This document shows positions 27,282 to 35,094 of a stretch of DNA of 64,000 nt, piece by piece (the first letter of the stretch is position 1; each line of letters starts with the position of its first letter). This stretch comes from a virus. The notes under the pieces are model-generated. The model had not been told where the DNA came from. It worked only from the letters and a program-made list of their open reading frames with translations, and made no database searches. The stretch spans positions 1-64,000 of IMG/VR virus record IMGVR_UViG_3300048997_000225. The stretch is one strand, 5' to 3'. A program made the position numbers and the translations under genes.

Positions 27282-27326
27282 GCGCGAATTAGATAGTCCA
27301 CATTCATGGACGGTCCTATAAAAGGA

Positions 27327-27761
27327 CTACAAAATACTTCCATCGATATTTCCCCGGAAAATAGTATAATATGGTATATTCCTATTACCGAGCCGATCCA
27401 TGACTTGTTGATTTTGTTCTTGTTCAGGAACAATTAAACCAACTTTATTTGCCAGTTCCACTAAACACGGATCATTAGTGATTTTTAATAGATCTTTGCC
27501 GGCTCCAGGTACTCGCTCTAACACGCCAATGACTTGTTCATAAGTCAATGTATCGAGAATACATTGACCGGCATATCCCGGTGCGCCTTCTCTGAACCAC
27601 ATATTATTGGCAGTATTTCCATTACTGACAGTGGTTTCAGGATATGTAGGATTGACAGCATCTTCTAGACATAAATTACTACATAAATCAATCATGCATT
27701 CAGATAATTGACAACTACAAGGATCAGTATTGCATCCACAAGACATGAATTTAGACCTCAA
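27327..27761 (-). CDS. hypothetical protein with Cys-rich N-terminus
   Basis: 'MSCGCNTDPCSC'. Confidence 0.65.
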   Translation of the reverse strand: MRSKFMSCGCNTDPCSCQLSECMIDLCSNLCLEDAVNPTYPETTVSNGNTANNMWFREGAPGYAGQCILDTLTYEQVIGVLERVPGAGKDLLKITNDPCLVELANKVGLIVPEQEQNQQVMDRLGNRNIPYYTIFRGNIDGSIL

Positions 27762-28623
27762 TGGCAGCAGCTATTACACAATTCTCATTAAATATAAGTC
27801 CATTGATATGGACTTTTCCATTGGCTTCGATTATAGCTGAGCCGCCTTGATGAAAATCGGATGTGAACGTTCCATATTTGCCTTTATTGGTTTCTGTTCC
27901 CCAACGATTGGCAGCTACTAAAGTACACTGATTTTCTTCCGCAAAATCCATCCATGTAGTTGGTGGAAAAAATCCCTTTCCCCAGTTGGTAACTCCAGCT
28001 ACTATATCAACAGATTTTCCACCAAACACTCCAGAATTTTTAGTCACATATTTAGTATGCGGAGTTTTTTGATCACCACAAACTCCGCATGGATTGTTGA
28101 GATAATAATTAGATGGTATATCACATATTGAACAAGGAGATTTGGAACTAACAGCCTTATTAATCAAATCCCTGCAAACAATGGCAGATATCAATCCTAT
28201 ATCAGTCGCAGATATTTCAGGCTCCATATTTCCAGGAGCAGCCCATAAGAAATCACATCCAATAAGATTGGATTTCCGATTAATATGTAATAAATTCCCG
28301 TGCGGCCCAATTAATGCTGCTGAATTATATAACTCGCAATCTGAATCTTCTACGAATCCATATACTATGTAAGTTGATAATTTAATAGCGACCTTTTGCA
28401 AATATTTATAAGTGTGCCCATAAATTGGTTCAGCCACAGCTGCAGCTTCTTCTCGATTCAAAAATGAGTTGCCTACAAAAGACAACTCTGGGAATACTAT
28501 TAAAGAAGTCCTATATTCAAAAGCCTTCTGAATATATTGCTCTGAACGGATTATATTATTTTTAGTATCCGATGGACATTTAGCCAATAATGGACTAAAT
28601 TGAATCGCAGTAACTATATTCAT
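27751..28623 (-). CDS. carbon-nitrogen hydrolase (nitrilase superfamily) with CxxC-CxxC insertion
   Basis: Catalytic triad 'VFPEL' / 'YNSA...RKSNL' / 'IVCRD'; 'AANRWGTE', 'GGSAII'. Confidence 0.88.
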   Translation of the reverse strand: MNIVTAIQFSPLLAKCPSDTKNNIIRSEQYIQKAFEYRTSLIVFPELSFVGNSFLNREEAAAVAEPIYGHTYKYLQKVAIKLSTYIVYGFVEDSDCELYNSAALIGPHGNLLHINRKSNLIGCDFLWAAPGNMEPEISATDIGLISAIVCRDLINKAVSSKSPCSICDIPSNYYLNNPCGVCGDQKTPHTKYVTKNSGVFGGKSVDIVAGVTNWGKGFFPPTTWMDFAEENQCTLVAANRWGTETNKGKYGTFTSDFHQGGSAIIEANGKVHINGLIFNENCVIAAAIEV

Positions 28624-28943
28624 ATTTTAATAATTTTGATGAGAGTCCGAGTTTCATCATCATCTTGAATTTTATTAAGTTTTTCACGGAATTCTTTAGT
28701 ATTTTGTTCAATTATGGATAATGCTCGCTGGACTATTTGGAATCTTTCCTTAGCATTATCTATGTCATCTGGATTCTTGTCTGGATGATGCAGTCCGAGT
28801 AACTTCCTGGCTATCGAACGGGCTTGAACGAGTTCCTTTTCTAGAATTCGGAGTCGGAGTCCCTTATCTGATTCCGATTGAACATGAAGGAATATTCTGT
28901 TAGGATCTTGTCCTAATACCCACCATGCATCAGTCAATGTCAT
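28620..28943 (-). CDS. small J-domain protein
   Basis: 'AWWVLG', 'HHPDKNP', 'AKERFQIVQRA'. Confidence 0.75.
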   Translation of the reverse strand: MTLTDAWWVLGQDPNRIFLHVQSESDKGLRLRILEKELVQARSIARKLLGLHHPDKNPDDIDNAKERFQIVQRALSIIEQNTKEFREKLNKIQDDDETRTLIKIIKI

Positions 28944-28949
28944 TGATCC

Positions 28950-29120
28950 CTACATTCCGATATGTTTTAAAGATTTTAACGTTCTCCGGGGTTTACGTCC
29001 ATATTTTCGTTGTTTCAGGAATTCTTCGAGTTCTTGGATTGTTTTGATATCTCTATTATTCACTTGGTGGAATTCGGATTTATATTCATCTAATTTGAAC
29101 AGGAATTCATCATATTTCAT
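28950..29120 (-). CDS. small basic hypothetical protein (56 aa, below ORF-track cutoff)
   Basis: MKYDEFLFKLDEYKSEF...KHIGM-stop fills the gap upstream of the J-domain gene. Confidence 0.5.
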   Translation of the reverse strand: MKYDEFLFKLDEYKSEFHQVNNRDIKTIQELEEFLKQRKYGRKPRRTLKSLKHIGM

Positions 29121-29199
29121 ATTAGAACTGATTATTTAATGGTTATTATTACGAAAATAATTGCATGATCCACACAAATTGTTGTATTGTATTATATCC

Positions 29200-29412
29200 A
29201 TGATACCCAAACGGCCTATTCGTAAAATAGCTAACTGGACTATTTTATATGACCAATTACGGACTTTATATCGCAGCTATAATTTAGATAGGAAAGTTGC
29301 GATTCTAGATAATCATACCAATAAGAAAGAGATTATTTGTCGTAAATTGGGGGTTGTCTGCGCATCGGACATCGGACGTATTGAAAAAGATTTGAAATCG
29401 CGTAATATTTAA
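29200..29412 (+). CDS. small basic hypothetical protein
   Basis: In-frame ATG 29200. Confidence 0.55.
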   Translation: MIPKRPIRKIANWTILYDQLRTLYRSYNLDRKVAILDNHTNKKEIICRKLGVVCASDIGRIEKDLKSRNI

Positions 29413-29477
29413 CAATAATTGCATACGAGATTCCAAGGATTTAATATTTATCCCTGGAGGAAAAATTTAGGAGATAT

Positions 29478-30146
29478 GTGATAATGAAAAAAACTGAAAT
29501 CAAGAAAAATAAAACCACATCCAAAGACTTAACACCCAAACAAGCAGAAATTCGAGCTCACTCGTTGATGCGAGGAATAGATAATTCAATTGCGAAAGTA
29601 AAAAAGGAAGTCACTGCACTTGAAGCCATTAAGTTCCAATTTAATGGCGTCCTTCAAGGGCTTTCTAATTCTCCTCTCAAACCGGTGGTTAAGGCAGCTG
29701 TTAAAACCGCTGCTGTGAAAGCTCCAAAGGCTGTGAAAAAGCCTGTTCAGAAGGAACTGGAGAAGGCGGCTAAAACCCCCAAGGCGGCTAAAACCCCCAA
29801 GGCGGCTAAAGCCAAAGTTTCCAAGACAGATGAAGAAAACGAAGCCGCTAAAGCCAATCCTCCGAAGGATGGTCGTCCAGCGCTTCGCGAAGCGATGAAA
29901 GAAGTACTCCGTGAAAATGGAGGCCTGAGCAAGCGAGATTTATATACCAAGGTGACTGAGAAATATGGATATTGGTCACATCAGTCGGTATACAATATCT
30001 TGAAAAAGGACAATTCTTTCCAAGAGAATCCGCAAGGCGTTCAATATCATGATGCTCTTATCATGAAGAACAATAAAGATGATGCTGATGTGGATAAGTT
30101 TGTAGAATCAGTGGCTCAAGATACTACTATAGCCCATACTGCCTGA
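29478..30146 (+). CDS. histone H1-like Lys/Ala-rich DNA-binding protein with C-terminal winged-HTH-like domain
   Basis: KAAKTP repeats; 'LREAMKEVLRENGGLSKRDLY...WSHQSVYNIL'; GGAG SD. Confidence 0.65.
   Translation: MIMKKTEIKKNKTTSKDLTPKQAEIRAHSLMRGIDNSIAKVKKEVTALEAIKFQFNGVLQGLSNSPLKPVVKAAVKTAAVKAPKAVKKPVQKELEKAAKTPKAAKTPKAAKAKVSKTDEENEAAKANPPKDGRPALREAMKEVLRENGGLSKRDLYTKVTEKYGYWSHQSVYNILKKDNSFQENPQGVQYHDALIMKNNKDDADVDKFVESVAQDTTIAHTA
29763..29810 (+). repeat. 18-bp coding tandem repeat (about 2.7 copies, KAAKTP)
   Basis: AAGGCGGCTAAAACCCCC x2 plus AAGGCGGCTAAA. Confidence 0.9.
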
Positions 30147-30193
30147 TTTTATACATCGTCCAATTTTCAGACGCATTTCCAGTAACGTAATTT

Positions 30194-30550
30194 ATGTATA
30201 AAAGCGTAGATTATGTTAAATATGAACGTGCAGGCGAGGAGCATATTAAACTATATGCAAATCGTCTTGCACGTTTATTAATTTTCAACCATCATTGGAC
30301 TGTTGAAAATTCAATTATCCAAGCCGAATTGGAATTGATTGATAATGCGCATTCCATATTAAAAAGATTCTTAGTATCAATATTTGGAACGCATATTCCC
30401 GAATCTATGCGTTCCAAATTATGTATTCAAATCAGAGAATGTATATGGAAATACTTGCATTCTAAAATCCAAGATTTTGATTTATTAGGCAGTTTAATTG
30501 AAGATTCTAATAATATAAATCTCGACTCATTATTCCAACAGTCGAACTAA
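30194..30550 (+). CDS. hypothetical protein
   Basis: 118-aa ORF; its TAA is directly followed by the in-frame ATG of the next gene. Confidence 0.65.
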   Translation: MYKSVDYVKYERAGEEHIKLYANRLARLLIFNHHWTVENSIIQAELELIDNAHSILKRFLVSIFGTHIPESMRSKLCIQIRECIWKYLHSKIQDFDLLGSLIEDSNNINLDSLFQQSN

Positions 30551-31156
30551 ATGGATATTAATTTTCCAAGCGGTGTGGCTAATGTTAAACTAGCCATACT
30601 TAATACAGCTCAAAAATCTGAAAAACGACGACTCCAGCTAATTAAACAAAACATCCCTTGTAAATCAGGATGTTCTGCTTGTTGCAGTCGTTATATCTTA
30701 GTGAGTGTGGCCGAATCTTTAGTGATTTATCACGATTTGGTTCAAAAAGGGACCTGGGAATCTGTTCGAGTCCGAGCATCTCGACAAATCCAGTTGTTAA
30801 AAAATGCACAACCATTAGCTTGGTTCAAATTAAATCAAAAATGTCCAGTCCTAGATCCAGAATCTGAAAAATGCTTGGCGTGGGAAACCAGGCCTCCGGT
30901 ATGTTCTACGCATTTTGTGAGTTCAGATCCTAAATTATGTGATCCTTGGGGATCAGGATCCGGACAATACGTCCCGATAAATATGGATGATTTATATGAA
31001 GAATTCCAACGCAAATTAGCTTTGGAATTAGCAGAATTCGGAATCCTTAGTCTGCGCGTAGCACTTCCGATTGGATTACTGTTGGCCGAACGTATTAATG
31101 TTCGTTCCAGTCTCGACTTGGATAAAGTAATTTCTCTAATGTTCCATGAATTCTAA
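30551..31156 (+). CDS. YkgJ/CxxCxxCC-family Zn/Fe-S cluster protein
   Basis: 'CKSGCSACC', 'CPVLD...CLAWETRPPVC'. Confidence 0.85.
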   Translation: MDINFPSGVANVKLAILNTAQKSEKRRLQLIKQNIPCKSGCSACCSRYILVSVAESLVIYHDLVQKGTWESVRVRASRQIQLLKNAQPLAWFKLNQKCPVLDPESEKCLAWETRPPVCSTHFVSSDPKLCDPWGSGSGQYVPINMDDLYEEFQRKLALELAEFGILSLRVALPIGLLLAERINVRSSLDLDKVISLMFHEF

Positions 31157-31180
31157 TGTTCGGTATTTTTAGAATATCTA

Positions 31181-31477
31181 ATGAAACCTTGTCATTATTG
31201 TAATAATCCAGCGCCAATTTATGTGCACGCACAAGAAATACGCCAAACTCTTCAGTCAGCGTTAAAGAGGGATTTATCATCAACGGAGTCGGACTCCGTT
31301 GATGATATGCATGTGTGTGCTGGTTGTGTATATTTATTAAAAAATCCGATAGCTGGTCCGGCTTTAGTCCGTGGTGATATAAACATCGGTCTTAGAGGAA
31401 AAACATTAAATCGAGGTATGAAAAGCATGATAGATGGTTTCTTGAATAATATAACTAAGATCAAAAATCAAAATTAA
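31181..31477 (+). CDS. Zn-finger hypothetical protein
   Basis: CHYC...CAGC. Confidence 0.6.
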   Translation: MKPCHYCNNPAPIYVHAQEIRQTLQSALKRDLSSTESDSVDDMHVCAGCVYLLKNPIAGPALVRGDINIGLRGKTLNRGMKSMIDGFLNNITKIKNQN

Positions 31478-32124
31478 ATATCTTTGGCTTCGGTATTTGC
31501 AAAAGCCTTAACTCGCGATCTGAAGTCACGAACGACTTTCAAAGTCACGTTTTTATCGCCAAAACTCAATGCTTCACGGATTATGTCTGGAGAAGCACCA
31601 CTGCGAATGGCTCTCACGTAACGGGCCAAATCCCACATGCCCTTCTTTCGCATCGCGTTCTCAACTTCTTCTAGGCGTTCTTGCATTTGATCGTGATTAT
31701 TTTCAACTTCTATAGTATCTGCTAAAGTCCGTTTATCATCACTGCTATATGGAGCATCAAGCGAATCTTTTTCTAAAGAAAAACGTTTTTGCTTATGGAC
31801 TATATTTATACAAACGTTATTAGCTACCATCCACACATAATGACCGAAACTAGATTTCCTAGGATCATGAGCACTTCCTCCATGATTCTTATGGATTATA
31901 GCGAGAAAGACTTCTTGAAGAAGTTCTTCCATTGAAATCTCAACTACTTTAAAATGGGCATATACAAGTTTTACGATATCGGTACGTTTAGCAACTACAT
32001 CTACTCCAAGTGGAGTAATATTATCTTCGGCCATCCTAGGCCAAGAGAATCTTTTTGGTTCTTTTTTAATTGGTTCGTTAGAAAGTCGTACCTCACGCTT
32101 GCTTGTACCATTTTTCATATTCAA
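31474..32124 (-). CDS. divergent sigma-70-family factor (phage-type)
   Basis: 'EELLQEVFLAI', 'DPRKSSFGHYVWMVANNVCIN', 'SLDAP...TLADTI', degenerate region 4. Confidence 0.75.
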   Translation of the reverse strand: MNMKNGTSKREVRLSNEPIKKEPKRFSWPRMAEDNITPLGVDVVAKRTDIVKLVYAHFKVVEISMEELLQEVFLAIIHKNHGGSAHDPRKSSFGHYVWMVANNVCINIVHKQKRFSLEKDSLDAPYSSDDKRTLADTIEVENNHDQMQERLEEVENAMRKKGMWDLARYVRAIRSGASPDIIREALSFGDKNVTLKVVRDFRSRVKAFANTEAKDI

Positions 32125-32221
32125 GCCCCGGTTCTTCCTCTGTGTTAACTAACACAAGAGGAGTTTGAAATTTACCACATACGATTTAGTAAGACAAGTC
32201 TGCAACAATGACGTAACGTAA

Positions 32222-32770
32222 GTGAAAATGAGTAAAGACGATTTCTTGAAAGAGTGCATGTCAGATGTTGGATTACCTCCCGTAGACCAATTCAATGCAA
32301 CATATTGCATTGTATGTGCCAACCGTGAATGTAGTAGAAGCTCGCTAAACAATTCAACATTTGATAAACGAATGCGAAATTGGCAATCTACGCTCTTCAC
32401 TAATGTTCCTAGAGCCATTGAAGAAGATAAACGGTTTGATAATATCAGATCTAAGAAATTTTTACCGATGCAGAGTATGTATGAAGTCCAATCAATAAGC
32501 GAAGAGCCGGTAAAAATTCCAGATATTAACGCTACCGAATTTGTCAATATTTCAATAAATAATGTAAATGATGAACCAAAAAGCCCGATTGAATCTATTG
32601 TAATTGACACATCGCGTAGTCAAGAACATCCACTAGATATACCAGTCAAAAAATCGCCGCAGATATCGAATACTCCATTTGAACAAGGTACAATTCTTCA
32701 TAGTCCATCAACTGAATCCCAAGACGTAAAACTCGAATCAGGCGAAACCTATATACTTGAAGATGACTAA
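32222..32770 (+). CDS. hypothetical protein (CxxC-x-C motif)
   Basis: 'YCIVCANRECSRS'. Confidence 0.7.
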   Translation: MKMSKDDFLKECMSDVGLPPVDQFNATYCIVCANRECSRSSLNNSTFDKRMRNWQSTLFTNVPRAIEEDKRFDNIRSKKFLPMQSMYEVQSISEEPVKIPDINATEFVNISINNVNDEPKSPIESIVIDTSRSQEHPLDIPVKKSPQISNTPFEQGTILHSPSTESQDVKLESGETYILEDD

Positions 32771-33569
32771 TTTATCGAAATCAGGATCCGCTTCGTTAAA
32801 CGCTAAATACTTGTTGGCAATTCGGAAATTTATTCATGATAGTACGGAATTAGCGCAGCTGATTGCAGATTCCGATCCGGCCATCAGCTGCGCAGCTGAT
32901 GTCTACACTTTAATCGCGCATACAATATTGCCCGGGACTGAAGAGATTTTCAAATCTGCCATACACGAAATTTTAGAAGAACTCGATAGACATCGCCAGT
33001 TGCCTTCCAGTTTATATTTAATTGATCAGCATTCTGGAAAAGCTGTTATTCCAATCTCCGAAAGAGATATCTATCAACCGCCTGATTATATTGGAGAAGA
33101 TGGAAAACTTCAAAAGTCTAAGCCCATCGTTCATCCGAAAATAACTTCTTCTTTAGCTTTGGCTCAAGCCGAGCAGTATAACCGGCAAAAAATCCAGAAA
33201 CTAGCAGAACACCCGGTTCACGGCCTCTCGTACAGGCATTTGACAGAACCTGATCAAATATCCGAATTAATCCGTAGCAAACTCGAACATATCGGATTCC
33301 AATTCATTCCACAGTCAGAATCCAATGTTGTCGAAATGGAATTTGGTCGAGAAATTATCGAAGCTGATATGCAATCACATAATCACAGATTTAATCGAAT
33401 CCAGTCATATGCAGCGATCGTCGCCACTAAAATAGTCCGATTGAATGAAAATAAACATCCGATGTGGATGGGACCTATCAGTCTTCGGAAAAATTCTAAA
33501 ATGCGATGGTTTGTTATATCATTCCAATTCGGATCACAAACTATCCCAGCGCTTCAAGATACTAACTAA
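32757..33569 (+). CDS. hypothetical protein
   Basis: 270-aa ORF. Confidence 0.7.
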   Translation: MKMTNLSKSGSASLNAKYLLAIRKFIHDSTELAQLIADSDPAISCAADVYTLIAHTILPGTEEIFKSAIHEILEELDRHRQLPSSLYLIDQHSGKAVIPISERDIYQPPDYIGEDGKLQKSKPIVHPKITSSLALAQAEQYNRQKIQKLAEHPVHGLSYRHLTEPDQISELIRSKLEHIGFQFIPQSESNVVEMEFGREIIEADMQSHNHRFNRIQSYAAIVATKIVRLNENKHPMWMGPISLRKNSKMRWFVISFQFGSQTIPALQDTN

Positions 33570-34136
33570 TATTCCAGCCATTGCATATCGGAATTCAGGG
33601 ATTCCTGCAATATTGGATTCCGATATTTTCTCTAAAGTGATTGCCAATTTATCAATTGAACATCTATATTGGAATTCAATATAAGTGCCCATTGGTAACA
33701 ACGGGACTAAATCAGTCGGAAACTTTAGAATAGCAGAAGCTTCGCAGAAGAATTCCAATATTTGATGTGCTAAATTGATAGCGATCTTATTCACTCCACT
33801 ATCCAATTCAGATTGATTCTGGATAATATCTTCTTTGAAACCTTCACGAGCAATGGTTGGTATCCACGCCATCAATGGAGACACCATTTTATATTCATGA
33901 ATCAATCCGGATTCAAGAAGCAATGGTGTTACAGCTTGCATGACGCAAGCCGGCATAATGATTCGCAATTCGACTTGCCGAGCGTTCTGGTCTTCTAGAA
34001 TTAATTCAATTTTCCCATGTTGAAGAAATTGCCCTGTCGGGATTGATTTAGAAGCCAGTCCTCTATTATGATCGCGAGTAATTCTAGAAGATGGTTTTCT
34101 AGCTGCGAGATTTATTCGTTGGTCACGGCCGGCCAT
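33534..34136 (-). CDS. ThyX-fold-like protein, apparently degenerate
   Basis: 'DLVPLLPMGTYIEFQYRCSIDKL' resembles the ThyX C-terminal 'AR..LP..T.T.....N...L'; RHRx7S absent; ATG 34136 overlaps the dcd end. Confidence 0.4.
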   Translation of the reverse strand: MAGRDQRINLAARKPSSRITRDHNRGLASKSIPTGQFLQHGKIELILEDQNARQVELRIIMPACVMQAVTPLLLESGLIHEYKMVSPLMAWIPTIAREGFKEDIIQNQSELDSGVNKIAINLAHQILEFFCEASAILKFPTDLVPLLPMGTYIEFQYRCSIDKLAITLEKISESNIAGIPEFRYAMAGILVSILKRWDSL

Positions 34137-34773
34137 TTGCAAACGATTTCCAAATTCGAGACGGAACTGGTCCTTGCGCAAGTTGCCCTTGATAATGGCC
34201 GGTTTTCCTATAATTAAGTTTTTCTCCAACTAAAGTATGGAAACGCATTTGACAGAAGCGCATTCCTGGATAAACACGGATGGGGTGCGTGACAACCACT
34301 TCCAATGTATATTGACCGTCGAATCCGTAATCTCCAAACCCCGCTGTGATGTGGGCCGTTATAAATAGTCTTCCGATCGATGATTTTCCATCTAAAATAG
34401 GAACATAATTATCGGTAGTTATGACTTCTTGAGTATGCATCAGATACCCGACGCCCGGTTTTAAAATCCAACCGAGTTTAGGATCTATCTTGAACGTATG
34501 AACTTTAGGTTCGCATTTAACATCTAAATATCCATAATGGTTTGGACTAATCCCAGAGCCATCTTCAATCTTATCAGAATCAATATGTTGGCGATGATGG
34601 ACAACATCTGCATAGACGGCCACATACTCACCCAATGTTAAATCATATGAACTTGGATTTATTCTATCATCATTAACTTGGTCTTCATTCCATGGCGTTA
34701 TTTTTATATCTCCAGCTTCATATAATCTTTTGATTTCCGGGCCCGTTAAAATCCCGCCTATATCATTATTCAT
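34123..34773 (-). CDS. dcd: dCTP deaminase
   Basis: 'INPSSYDLTLG', 'GKSSIGRL', 'TAGFGDYGFDGQYTLE', 'YPGMRFCQM', 'YQGQ'. Confidence 0.93.
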   Translation of the reverse strand: MNNDIGGILTGPEIKRLYEAGDIKITPWNEDQVNDDRINPSSYDLTLGEYVAVYADVVHHRQHIDSDKIEDGSGISPNHYGYLDVKCEPKVHTFKIDPKLGWILKPGVGYLMHTQEVITTDNYVPILDGKSSIGRLFITAHITAGFGDYGFDGQYTLEVVVTHPIRVYPGMRFCQMRFHTLVGEKLNYRKTGHYQGQLAQGPVPSRIWKSFANGRP

Positions 34774-34809
34774 ATTAAAAACGACCTCAAATATCAAGTA
34801 CTGTACTCA

Positions 34810-35094
34810 ATGGCAGACAATAATCTTACTGATGGAGAAATGGATGATTTTCGTCAAAGAGCTTTTTTGATGCCTGATGATGAAATAGCGGAATTATTGG
34901 AGGAACTTGCTAAACGAGAACTCGGGCTTTTGGAATCTGACTCCATACAGCAAAATGAAGATTTCCGACAGCGAGTATTAAATAATGCGGCGGCTCTCAC
35001 TGCGGCGGCTGAAAGATTTCATCCAAAAGGTTGGAACATCAACCAAGTCCAAACAGAGAAGCCAGGAACTGAAACTTCTGAGGATGAACTTTAG
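34810..35094 (+). CDS. small acidic hypothetical protein
   Basis: 94-aa ORF overlapping the polA 3' end. Confidence 0.55.
   Translation: MADNNLTDGEMDDFRQRAFLMPDDEIAELLEELAKRELGLLESDSIQQNEDFRQRVLNNAAALTAAAERFHPKGWNINQVQTEKPGTETSEDEL

Noticed and set aside
32149-32610. 153-aa minus-strand ORF and the many other 60-190 aa antisense ORFs (e.g. 61334..61897, 55535..55981)
   Set aside because: Shadows of better-supported genes on the opposite strand; no motifs or SD.
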